Shown here: positions 18,794 to 27,107 of the stretch, one piece after another
How positions within the stretch are numbered: position 1 is the first letter of the stretch
Layout: each line of letters opens with the position of its first letter
From: an uncultured archaeon
Lineage (GTDB): Archaea > Altiarchaeota > Altiarchaeia > IMC4 > SCGC-AAA252-I15
Assembly: GCA_964423225.1 (NCBI GenBank)
Contig: CAYREE010000001.1
Coordinates: 17,419-81,418, forward strand
Direction of reading: 5' to 3'
Length of the DNA: 64,000 nt
Position numbers and translations under genes: made by a program
The notes under the pieces: generated by a model
Seen by the model: only the letters and a program-made list of their open reading frames with translations
Told to the model about the DNA's origin: nothing
The model's database searches: none

Positions 18794-19000
18794 GTGGAGC
18801 TATTGCTTCGGGGTAGTGGAAAAAAAGAAGAAAAACTGTTAAAAAAACGAGTAGTTGTAGAAGATAACCTCATCAAATATAGCTTTGACTTGACATATGA
18901 GGATAGTAGTAACCTGAGAGAATATATTTATCAGATAGCAAAGACCATATCAGACAAGGGACAAGTTATAAAAGAGATAAACTGCACACCGGTTGAATAA
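18794..19000 (+). CDS. Hypothetical small protein
   Basis: 68-aa ORF with a non-ATG start and no motifs. Confidence 0.3.
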   Translation: MELLLRGSGKKEEKLLKKRVVVEDNLIKYSFDLTYEDSSNLREYIYQIAKTISDKGQVIKEINCTPVE

Positions 19001-19003
19001 ACA

Positions 19004-19939
19004 TCAGGACTTCCTTCTGGTAGAACGTTTCTTATCCTGTAACAATTCTCCGAAAGAAGAGAAGATGAATGCTATAGGAAAAAGCAGTATAAGAAGAGTA
19101 CTTGAAGCAAGAAGGATCGTCACGACAAACCTGAAGAATCCCTGAATACCCTCTGCAATATACCATTCCAACCCCCCAATCAACAACTGTTCTTCAGACA
19201 AAAAGAGCATAAGCCACAGGAATAAGAGGGTGAAAAGCGTACTCAACGGATTCTTATAAATCATCTCAAAAGACCCCTTGAAATCATAGCTTGATGGTGC
19301 AGCACCAAGTGCGAAACACATCTGCAAATAAAGTAGGATATAAGAGAAAAAATCAGTATAATCCATGCTTAAAAGAGATGATATGAGACTTGACGCAGTC
19401 ATTATGAAAGCGTCGATAAACTGGTCTGGAACATCAAAACCAATAGAATCCACTACATATGCAAGATCCCCGCCAAGGATATAATTGATTAAAACCATCA
19501 ATGTCCCACACCCAAAAAACGGGGCGAAAGCAATAGCATACTCACGTAAAACAGACCACTTATCCATAGGAGTCCTATAGCTCACACATCCAAGCATACC
19601 AGTCCTCGGATTAGGCTTAAACAATGATAATCCAGTGATATAACAGCCAGAGAAAAAAGCGACAATGAAATGGGAGAGCTCATGGAGGATAGTACCAGGA
19701 GCAATGAATAATGTGAACCATTCAGAGCCAAAAGTCATACGCTTAATGATATAAAACTCAATCATGTCGGAAAGAAACACTTGTAAAGCAAATAACAAGG
19801 GTATGAAAGATGCATATGGTCGGATAGTATAATCTTCAAGATAAATCCAGAGTAGATAAGATAATATCACCAACAATAATACTGTCGTAGTCCTATTTGA
19901 CAAACCAAAAGCCATTTTTGTTTTAGTATAGTCTAACAT
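19004..19939 (-). CDS. Polytopic membrane protein with an intramembrane HExxH (M50/DUF3267-like metalloprotease)
   Basis: 311 aa with multiple TM helices. PGTILHELSHFIVAFFSG sits within a hydrophobic segment. Confidence 0.5.
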   Translation of the reverse strand: MLDYTKTKMAFGLSNRTTTVLLLVILSYLLWIYLEDYTIRPYASFIPLLFALQVFLSDMIEFYIIKRMTFGSEWFTLFIAPGTILHELSHFIVAFFSGCYITGLSLFKPNPRTGMLGCVSYRTPMDKWSVLREYAIAFAPFFGCGTLMVLINYILGGDLAYVVDSIGFDVPDQFIDAFIMTASSLISSLLSMDYTDFFSYILLYLQMCFALGAAPSSYDFKGSFEMIYKNPLSTLFTLLFLWLMLFLSEEQLLIGGLEWYIAEGIQGFFRFVVTILLASSTLLILLFPIAFIFSSFGELLQDKKRSTRRKS

Positions 19940-19978
19940 TAATGATTAAACTCAAAAAAAGAAAAATCAAATGAGAAT

Positions 19979-20695
19979 ATGGATATCAACGAGAGGATAA
20001 AGGAGATCGAGGACGAGATCGAGAAAACACCCTATAACAAGGCTAGCCAACAGCATATTGGAAAACTCAAAGCCAAACTCTCCCACCTCAGGGAAAAGCT
20101 GATCAAAGCATCCTCTAAAAAGGGTTCTGGCGTAGGATTCGGTGTGAAAAAGACAGGGCATGCAACAGCCATACTCATTGGACTGCCTTCAGTCGGAAAA
20201 TCCACACTCCTTAATAGGATCACAAACGCCCAGTCAGAGGTTGGAAGCTATGATTTCACAACCCTTGACGTCGTCCCAGGAATGTTACAGCATAAAGACT
20301 TGAATGTGCAGATACTTGATCTTCCCGGGATCATTGTAGGCGCATCAAGGGGAAAGGGCAGGGGTAGGGAGGTCCTATCAATGGTCAGAAACACCGACCT
20401 CATAATCATAATGTTGGATATTTTCAGAACCGACGTACTAGAAGCCATCAAAAAGGAATTATACGGTGTTGGAGTAAGACTAGATCAAAAACCACCCAAT
20501 GTAAGCATTAAAAAGATGCTAAAAGGGGGGGTAACACTCACGACAACCATAAAGAATCCAAAGCTCGATATTGAAGAGGCAAGAGCAGTCCTAAATGAAT
20601 ACGGTATTCATAATGCAGATGTGACACTAAGACAAAACATTGATGTGGATCAATTCATCGATGCAGGCCTGGGTAACAGGGAATACAAACACTAA
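19979..20695 (+). CDS. DRG-family (Obg-like) GTPase, N-terminal fragment with G1-G3, ending at an in-frame TAA
   Basis: Contains MDINERIKEIEDEIEKTPYNKASQQHIGKLKAKL, G1 GLPSVGKST, G2 FTTL and G3 DLPGII. The ORF stops right after GNREYKH, where NKxD should follow. Confidence 0.75.
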   Translation: MDINERIKEIEDEIEKTPYNKASQQHIGKLKAKLSHLREKLIKASSKKGSGVGFGVKKTGHATAILIGLPSVGKSTLLNRITNAQSEVGSYDFTTLDVVPGMLQHKDLNVQILDLPGIIVGASRGKGRGREVLSMVRNTDLIIIMLDIFRTDVLEAIKKELYGVGVRLDQKPPNVSIKKMLKGGVTLTTTIKNPKLDIEEARAVLNEYGIHNADVTLRQNIDVDQFIDAGLGNREYKH

Positions 20696-20788
20696 ATACA
20701 ACTATAAAATAAAAACCAAATCCAAAATAAACGAAACAAAAACAACAAAAAAAAGAAGAAAAAAGACTTCCCATTCAAACACATACCC

Positions 20789-21088
20789 ATGTCTGCTGAT
20801 AAGGACCCTGACCTTGAACACATAAAGGATGAGATAGTGAAGAAGATCGATGTAATGAGGATATTCCTAAAGCCACAAGGTGAAAAACCAGACCTGGACG
20901 AACCGCTCATAATAAAGACTGGATCAACTGTAAAAGACTTATGCAAATCACTTCATCATGATTTCCTAAAGGATTTCAGATACGCACTCCTATGGGGCGA
21001 TTATGCAAAACATGAAGGACAACACATAGGATTAAAACACAAACTCCACGACGGAGACATCGTCTCAATAATAAAAAAAATAGGATAA
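20789..21088 (+). CDS. DRG-family GTPase, C-terminal fragment (G5 plus TGS domain), in the same frame as 19979..20695
   Basis: MSADKDPDLEHIKDEIVKKIDVMRIFLKPQGEKPDLDEPLIIKTGSTVKDLCKSLHHDFLKDFRYALLWG... is the typical DRG C-terminus with its TGS domain. Confidence 0.7.
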   Translation: MSADKDPDLEHIKDEIVKKIDVMRIFLKPQGEKPDLDEPLIIKTGSTVKDLCKSLHHDFLKDFRYALLWGDYAKHEGQHIGLKHKLHDGDIVSIIKKIG

Positions 21089-21132
21089 ACAAGACATATA
21101 TAATAAAAAAACGCATAGTTTAGTGAATAGTT

Positions 21133-21783
21133 ATGAGAATATATCCCGCACTACTATTGATAACAGCGATAATACTTGTCTCAGGTTGCCTATGCTGTAC
21201 AGGCGGTAGTGACGATAAGGAACCAGTTGGCGGGAACGAGGCTAGGTGTCAGGTCCCGTACATGGAGTTTGCAGATGCTTGTTGTCTTGATGCGAATGCG
21301 AACAGGATCTGTGATACTGATGAGGCAACAACCACGTTGAAGGCGGCTACGACCACGCTAGCGGCGGTAACGACCACACAGCAGCCCGTCCCGGAGACGA
21401 CGATAACTATCATGGAGTCGACTACGACTCTAGCTCCTACAACAACGTTAAAGGCTATTAGAGGTTGTGTTGAGAAGGCGGGTTATGATCCTGACCAGGT
21501 GATCTTCGTCTATGCGAATACTTGCGGTAGGAAGTATTTGGGGGATGTTTCGAATTATGAGTCGCGTAAGGGAGTGAAGATCACGCGATTGGACATATCT
21601 CCACCACAAAAACCAGGGGAAACAGAGGTGTTAGAGTGCTTTTATGGTAAAGCCCATAAAGGCAATACGCATATAATATATAGTTGTCCTAAGTTCCTCT
21701 GCCCGATAACAGGAGATATGTACGAGTATAGGGCGGGAATGTTCTCTTCGAAACTGGCTGGATTCGTGAAGAAATGTGTATAA
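21133..21783 (+). CDS. Cys/Thr-rich putative lipoprotein (paralog 1)
   Basis: Signal peptide plus lipobox-like LVSGC. It has a CC..DAN.N.ICD.DE motif, a Thr-rich linker, and a C-terminal Cys-containing domain ending GFVKKCV. Confidence 0.55.
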   Translation: MRIYPALLLITAIILVSGCLCCTGGSDDKEPVGGNEARCQVPYMEFADACCLDANANRICDTDEATTTLKAATTTLAAVTTTQQPVPETTITIMESTTTLAPTTTLKAIRGCVEKAGYDPDQVIFVYANTCGRKYLGDVSNYESRKGVKITRLDISPPQKPGETEVLECFYGKAHKGNTHIIYSCPKFLCPITGDMYEYRAGMFSSKLAGFVKKCV

Positions 21784-21879
21784 GACCAAGGATTAGAGGG
21801 AGAATTAGTTATTTGGTTGTTATTTTCCCAGTACTCTCACTATGTACGGCTTTTTAAACACGGTTTCGAATTATCTATC

Positions 21880-22311
21880 ATGGTAGAGCGCGTTGATGTT
21901 GGCTTAGACAAGTCTAGGCTTTATCCTCTTATTCTAGTTGATGTCGCTGGGGAGATAACGGGTACTACAAGACTGCACAAGCTAATGTTCATCCTACAAC
22001 AGGAGTACCAAGTTCCCATACTCCAGAAATTCATCAAGTACCATTATGGGCCGTTCTCATCAGAGTTGAGGGAGGATATGAATTTTTTCATTGAAAACGG
22101 CTTAATCGAGCAGTATTCCGAGGATCTGGGCGAGGATATGGATGGATTCCCTGTTAACAGGACGAATTATAGGATATCTAATAAGGGGAAAGAGATTGTC
22201 GTGAAGTCTTTCTCAAATGAGGAACGGAAGCCTTTTATGAAAGTGGTTGATGAATGGGGATCTAAGCCATTAAAGGAATTGATAAAACACGCTAAGTCCT
22301 TAATCAGCTAG
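21880..22311 (+). CDS. YwgA / Panacea (DUF4065)-like winged-helix protein
   Basis: TGTTRLHKLMFILQQEY...KYHYGPFSSELREDMNFFIENGLIEQ matches the (T)-LhKL.f....Y.YGP.S.EL..d...l...Gli pattern. The ATG at 21880 is preferred over the TTG at 21817; a TTTTTAAA box lies about 25 nt upstream. Confidence 0.5.
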   Translation: MVERVDVGLDKSRLYPLILVDVAGEITGTTRLHKLMFILQQEYQVPILQKFIKYHYGPFSSELREDMNFFIENGLIEQYSEDLGEDMDGFPVNRTNYRISNKGKEIVVKSFSNEERKPFMKVVDEWGSKPLKELIKHAKSLIS

Positions 22312-22319
22312 GTTTAAAA

Positions 22320-23375
22320 TTGAATCCAAAACTTCTTGAAGAACAGTTACATCATTTTTCTGGAAAAATTGAGGAACTTGACATTGGCGATAAAAAACTG
22401 TATTTTATCGCCGATGATGTCGGGGATGAGAGGGCTGAGTATCTGAGATTGATAGGTAAGGATCGATTAAATGCAATAACCGACTCCATGATCAGGGACA
22501 ACAGGTTTAGGGATTTTATGCTCGTGAACCTGCAGAACATATTTCGATATCTTAGAAAGTCGAATATTGGACCCAGGAATTTTAAGTATTCCTGTATTAT
22601 TGACAAACAGGAGGGTGAGGGAATATATGAGGTGACAACGCCAGATTATATTGGATTTATCGATGGTGATGTAGAGGAGTCTGTGCTCGAATGGTCTAAT
22701 CCCCAGATGATAGATTTTATCAGAGATTTTGGAATTCAATTCCAGAGGGATATAAGTATCCTTAGATATGGTAACCAATACCAGACTGACAGGATCAGCA
22801 TAAAGAAGGACATAATAGACCAAGTGGAGAAATTAACTGGAGTATGTGGTTTTTCATCTGACAAAATATTCCTATCAGATAGGGTCGCTCTTATCAGAGA
22901 TTCTTTTCAAAATGAAAAATCGAGGACATTCCTCTCAGCATGGCAGTTGAATATATTCTTCGAGCAGTTTATTGCAAAATTTATCGAAACGAACACTACT
23001 GCAAAATGCATTACAAACAAGAATATCTGCATACTTCCAACCAAAAAAACAGTGAAAGACGAGGAATATACCAATGGTTATCTGGAATTAGATGTCATAG
23101 GCTATGACGAAAAAGAAAGTGAACTATTCGTAATAGAATGCAAAAACGGGAATATAGGCGAATCCGAGGTCTCAAAATTCCTCGGTAGAACCAGATTAAT
23201 AGAGTCCACATATGATATAGTTATAGATAAGAAGATAATCATTGGAACCCGATATCTAGATCGGTTTTTCACCCCAATCAAACCAGGTATATCAATACTC
23301 GACATCCACTGGTTCGACCAAAAAGATTACAACACGAAATGTTATAAAGAATTCAAGAATTACTTAAAAAACTAA
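22320..23375 (+). CDS. Hypothetical protein with a C-terminal PD-(D/E)xK (restriction-endonuclease/DUF234-like) domain
   Basis: 351 aa with a TTG start 9 nt after the previous stop. YLELDVIGYDEKESELFVIECKNGNIGESEVSKFLGR gives D258...E273-x-K275. No motif was recognised in the N-terminal ~250 aa. Confidence 0.5.
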   Translation: MNPKLLEEQLHHFSGKIEELDIGDKKLYFIADDVGDERAEYLRLIGKDRLNAITDSMIRDNRFRDFMLVNLQNIFRYLRKSNIGPRNFKYSCIIDKQEGEGIYEVTTPDYIGFIDGDVEESVLEWSNPQMIDFIRDFGIQFQRDISILRYGNQYQTDRISIKKDIIDQVEKLTGVCGFSSDKIFLSDRVALIRDSFQNEKSRTFLSAWQLNIFFEQFIAKFIETNTTAKCITNKNICILPTKKTVKDEEYTNGYLELDVIGYDEKESELFVIECKNGNIGESEVSKFLGRTRLIESTYDIVIDKKIIIGTRYLDRFFTPIKPGISILDIHWFDQKDYNTKCYKEFKNYLKN

Positions 23376-23398
23376 TGATTAATATAAAAACGCGCCTT

Positions 23399-23488
23399 CT
23401 ATGCCCGACAACCGGAAAGGTAGAGGAAGTCGATGGTAGAAGGCCTGTAGCATCCCAGATGGGTGGATTCGTGAACAAATGCGTATAG
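23399..23488 (+). pseudogene. 3' relic of a third lipoprotein paralog
   Basis: Reads LCPTTGKVEEVDGRRPVASQMGGFVNKCV*. Compare the C-terminus of paralog 1, LCPITGDMYEYRAGMFSSKLAGFVKKCV*. No matching upstream coding sequence is present. Confidence 0.55.
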
Positions 23489-23583
23489 GATGCTGACAGA
23501 CTTATTATGAACTTAATCCTCGAAACTAGCCTGGCTTAACTTAAATTGTTTAGAAGCCATACTATATAGCGGAGTGGTAGAAG

Positions 23584-24183
23584 ATGTACAAACAAATCGC
23601 GATTATATTTGTTATAGGATTGTTTTCAGGCTGTATTTGCTGTAGTAGCCTTGGGATCGGGGTGGATGATGTAAGCTGTCCTGAAGGAACGGTCTTAGTA
23701 GGGGAGATATGTTGTATTGACGCTGATGAAAATAGTATCTGTGATGAAACAGAGCAGACAACGACCACAACAACTGTTTCGACAACGACGTCCACTTCAA
23801 CGACAACTACTACAACTGGCACGACCACAACAACACAATCCACTTCCACGACGCTTTACGTGACTAGATGTGTAAGGCAATTCCAGGTGAGGGCGGGTGA
23901 AGTCGTATTCCTATATGATTTCAGGTCACATGCATCTCTTGTCAACACAGTCAACCATATTGGATTAAGATTCGAGAAACTAGACTTGTCCTTCAAATCA
24001 GCAAGAGAAAAAAGCATTTTAAAATGCTTCAATATCGAGCCTTATTCAGAAATACCCCTCGCAATGTTCCTATGCGCTGAGAACAATGAGAGAATGATAA
24101 TCGAAAAAGGCAAGTTCCAGGGAGCAAGCGAAAAGATCAGAGAATTCTATTTTGGATGTCAGAACGCACTAGATGAAAGATGA
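23584..24183 (+). CDS. Cys/Thr-rich putative lipoprotein (paralog 2)
   Basis: Has the lipobox-like LFSGC, the motif CPEGTVLVGEICCIDADENSICDETE, a poly-Thr/Ser linker, and a C-terminal domain alignable to paralog 1. Its stop overlaps the traB-like start (ATGA). Confidence 0.55.
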   Translation: MYKQIAIIFVIGLFSGCICCSSLGIGVDDVSCPEGTVLVGEICCIDADENSICDETEQTTTTTTVSTTTSTSTTTTTTGTTTTTQSTSTTLYVTRCVRQFQVRAGEVVFLYDFRSHASLVNTVNHIGLRFEKLDLSFKSAREKSILKCFNIEPYSEIPLAMFLCAENNERMIIEKGKFQGASEKIREFYFGCQNALDER

Positions 24184-25355
24184 GTGATGTAGTAGAAATC
24201 GATTTGGATGGTAAGAAAGTATATATCGTGGGTACAGCACACGTATCCGATGAGAGCGTTAAACAAGTAGAAGAAACCATTAAGAAGGTTAAACCAGAAG
24301 CAGTTGCAGTAGAATTATGCGAACACAGGTACAAGGCTCTCAAAGAAGAGAAGAAATGGGATGAGACAGAGATAACCGAGGTCATAAAATCCGGGAAAAC
24401 CTATCTCTTCCTCATCCAGATACTTATGGCAAATTTCCAGCGGCAGATAGGAGACAAAGTCGGGATCAAACCCGGCTCAGAAATGTTAAAAGCCATCCAG
24501 ATAAGCGAAGAAAACAATGCAAAAGTCGAATTAGTCGACAGAGACATCTCAGTCACATTAAAGCGTGCAATAAGCCAGATAACCGCGAAAGAAAAGTTAA
24601 AACTCTTATACGGATTCCTAAATGACATATTCGATAAAGAAGAGATCGATGAAGAACTAATTGAAAAACTCAAGGAAAAAGACATGCTCAGCGAACTAAT
24701 GGAAGAGCTTTCAATAGAGACTCCATCGTTAAAGAGAGTATTAGTTGATGAACGCGACGAGTATATGGCATTACGAATCGCATCCATTGAAGCTGAAAAA
24801 ATCGTTGTCGTAGTTGGTGCAGGCCACGTAGATGGTTTAACAAATAATCTTGAGGCATTAAAGGATGTTGTTATAGTCAAATACGCTAATGGAGTGGATG
24901 AGCTGATGCATATAGAGAAAAAAAAGAGTATGATCAGCTATCTAGGATATGCAATCCCACTGCTTTTTCTTGTGATAATAGGCTGGGGATTCACCAACCA
25001 CGGGACCGACGTAACCTACACGATGCTCAAACAATGGTTCCTGATAAACGGGACCTTATCCGCGCTTGGAACAGCACTCGCCCTAGGGCATCCACTAACA
25101 ATCCTCACCGCATTCATCGCAGCACCATTCACATCATTGAATCCCACGATTGCGGCAGGATGGGTTGCAAGCATAGTGGAATTCAAGATGCGGAAACCAC
25201 GTGTAAAAGACTTCAAAGACCTGCTTAAACTAAATAGGGTTGGAGACTACTGGAAAAACCGTGTCACAAGAATACTCTTAGTAATAGTATTTGCAAATAT
25301 CGGCTCAAGCCTAGGAACATTCATAGCACTACCATACCTAATAAGCCTGATATAG
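24180..25355 (+). CDS. TraB/PrgY (GumN-like) family protein with a C-terminal membrane domain
   Basis: KKVYIVGTAHVSDESVKQVEETIKKVKPEAVAVELCEHR is the TraB-family N-terminal signature. VVVGAGHVDGL is also present, and the C-terminus has 4-5 TM helices. Confidence 0.7.
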   Translation: MSDVVEIDLDGKKVYIVGTAHVSDESVKQVEETIKKVKPEAVAVELCEHRYKALKEEKKWDETEITEVIKSGKTYLFLIQILMANFQRQIGDKVGIKPGSEMLKAIQISEENNAKVELVDRDISVTLKRAISQITAKEKLKLLYGFLNDIFDKEEIDEELIEKLKEKDMLSELMEELSIETPSLKRVLVDERDEYMALRIASIEAEKIVVVVGAGHVDGLTNNLEALKDVVIVKYANGVDELMHIEKKKSMISYLGYAIPLLFLVIIGWGFTNHGTDVTYTMLKQWFLINGTLSALGTALALGHPLTILTAFIAAPFTSLNPTIAAGWVASIVEFKMRKPRVKDFKDLLKLNRVGDYWKNRVTRILLVIVFANIGSSLGTFIALPYLISLI

Positions 25356-25387
25356 TTTATAATAAAAACGCATTCAATATACTAATA

Positions 25388-26221
25388 ATGAGGTTATTCA
25401 GCGTCATAGGCCATCCGATCAGTCATAGCATGTCGCCGGTTATGCATAATGCTGCATTCAAGCATCTTAACTTGAATTTCAGGTATGAGACAGTTGACGT
25501 GCTGCCTGAAACACTGCGAGAATTCATGACTACTGTAAGATACACTTATGCAGGACTGAATGTAACCATCCCCCACAAGGTTTCCGTTATCGACCATCTT
25601 GACGAGCTGAGTAAGGAGGCTGAATTAATAGGTGCAGTCAACACTGTAAAATGCGGTGAGAAACTAGTCGGATATAATACTGATGGAGTAGGCTGTGTTA
25701 GAGCATTAGCCGAGGCAGGAGTTAATGTAAAGGATAAGAATATCCTGATAATAGGTACTGGTGGTGCAGGACGTGCCATCGCATTCCAACTTTCGCTAGA
25801 AGGTGCTAACCTCAGTTTGTCTGACTTGAGGAAGGAAAGTGCTGAACACTTATCAAAGGATATCAGATCCAAGGTTGGATGCGACGTGGATGTAGTGGAA
25901 TCTAACGCTAATAAGTTGGCTGAAGCACTTAAGGAAGCGGACGTATTCATCAATTCAACACCAGTCGGAATGTCTCCGAATGTGTCAGAATCCATTATCG
26001 AAGCCGCACTACTACCAAACGATATCGCAGTCATGGACCTTGTATACAATCCACTAGAGACAAAATTGCTAAGATTAGCCAGTGAACGAGGTTGCAAGAC
26101 TATAGGAGGCCTTGGAATGCTCGTACACCAGGGTGCAGAATCATTGAGGATATGGCTTGATATAGAGCCTCCAGTAGACATTATGAGGAAGGCTGCATTA
26201 GAAAAACTTAGGAATCCATAG
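25388..26221 (+). CDS. aroE: Shikimate dehydrogenase
   Basis: Contains VIGHPISHSMSPVMHNAAF, the GAVNT...GYNTDG motif, and the Rossmann motif GTGGAGRA. A TTTATAATA box lies about 25-30 nt upstream of the ATG. Confidence 0.88.
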   Translation: MRLFSVIGHPISHSMSPVMHNAAFKHLNLNFRYETVDVLPETLREFMTTVRYTYAGLNVTIPHKVSVIDHLDELSKEAELIGAVNTVKCGEKLVGYNTDGVGCVRALAEAGVNVKDKNILIIGTGGAGRAIAFQLSLEGANLSLSDLRKESAEHLSKDIRSKVGCDVDVVESNANKLAEALKEADVFINSTPVGMSPNVSESIIEAALLPNDIAVMDLVYNPLETKLLRLASERGCKTIGGLGMLVHQGAESLRIWLDIEPPVDIMRKAALEKLRNP

Positions 26222-26229
26222 TATTTGCT

Positions 26230-27105
26230 TTAAACAATCTTTTTTAAAAGTCTGGCTAGATTCTGTTTTAATAATTCTAGGATATTCAATTGAATAGATG
26301 AAAGTTCGTCAAGATCAGCTTGTAGAATATCCTTGCCATCAACATGTTTTTTAACAATAGCCTTGAGCTTTGATTCATATGACATATCAAGATCCAATAC
26401 TTCTACAGTGAATACTTCGTTAAGCCTATCAGAAAGTTCGTTAATAATAGATAATGGCATCGTTCCGAGATCTTCCCTATCCACTAATCCTAGATAAGAA
26501 AGTATATTCACAGTATTTCCAGTCTTACACAGATACATTCTACATATCTTTGGCTGTAACCCAGCTTTAAAGAGTATGCAATCACCATCATCAAGAAAAA
26601 TACATGCAGTCGAATCCTTACTAGTCCAAAGCTTCTCCCCAGCCTTTGGGATTGGAATGTCATCACACATTGCATAAGGTAAGAACTGTCCAGGATCTAC
26701 AGTTGTACAATAGACGAAACTCCCCTCATCGTCCTCAAGGAAAAAATCATCGTTTTCATTAAGTTTTTCAAAAAGCGTGCTATCAATAGAGTCGGCCCTC
26801 ACTTTCCTCAAAGGATTATTCAATCCATTCGATGATGCAAATTCAAAAACTTTATCAACAAGACGAGTCTCGATAGGCACGCCTACCGCAGAAACAGGAT
26901 TAAAATAACAGCAAGACTTACAAGACTCTATATGACAGGTTGGATAGTATACTATGTCCCGTACAAGCGAATCCATCATCAATCGCTTGTTAAGTATTAG
27001 ATCAGATACACTCTTCTCCTTAAATCCCCTGCCATTTGGATCAATCTTGCCTTGGCTGACCAACCAGTCTAGAAGATCTATCTTCTGTTTTATGAAGAGC
27101 CTCAC
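26230..27105 (-). CDS. YkgJ/UPF0153-type Cys-cluster (CxxCxxCC-like) protein
   Basis: 291 aa, with HIESCKSCCYFNP and later ACIFLDDGDCILF...ICRMYLC. Confidence 0.45.
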   Translation of the reverse strand: MRLFIKQKIDLLDWLVSQGKIDPNGRGFKEKSVSDLILNKRLMMDSLVRDIVYYPTCHIESCKSCCYFNPVSAVGVPIETRLVDKVFEFASSNGLNNPLRKVRADSIDSTLFEKLNENDDFFLEDDEGSFVYCTTVDPGQFLPYAMCDDIPIPKAGEKLWTSKDSTACIFLDDGDCILFKAGLQPKICRMYLCKTGNTVNILSYLGLVDREDLGTMPLSIINELSDRLNEVFTVEVLDLDMSYESKLKAIVKKHVDGKDILQADLDELSSIQLNILELLKQNLARLLKKIV

Positions 27106-27107
27106 AT

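Noticed and set aside
20693-20707. The idea that TAA is reassigned or read through genome-wide, which would make the DRG gene intact.
   Set aside because: TAA clearly terminates many well-conserved genes in this window at their expected ends, including porB, ftsZ and the TPR glycosyltransferase at 62574-62576. A global reassignment is therefore not supported. Local read-through cannot be excluded.
23744-23850. A repetitive ACG/ACA/ACC-rich DNA stretch that looks like a short tandem repeat array.
   Set aside because: It lies in frame within the lipoprotein ORF and encodes a poly-Thr/Ser linker. There is no spacer-repeat periodicity, so it is not a CRISPR array or satellite.
25546-26181. A 211-aa antisense ORF inside aroE. 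A similar 211-aa ORF at 29399..30034 lies antisense to aroD.
   Set aside because: The sense genes carry clear family motifs. The antisense translations have no motifs and a biased composition, so they are shadow ORFs.
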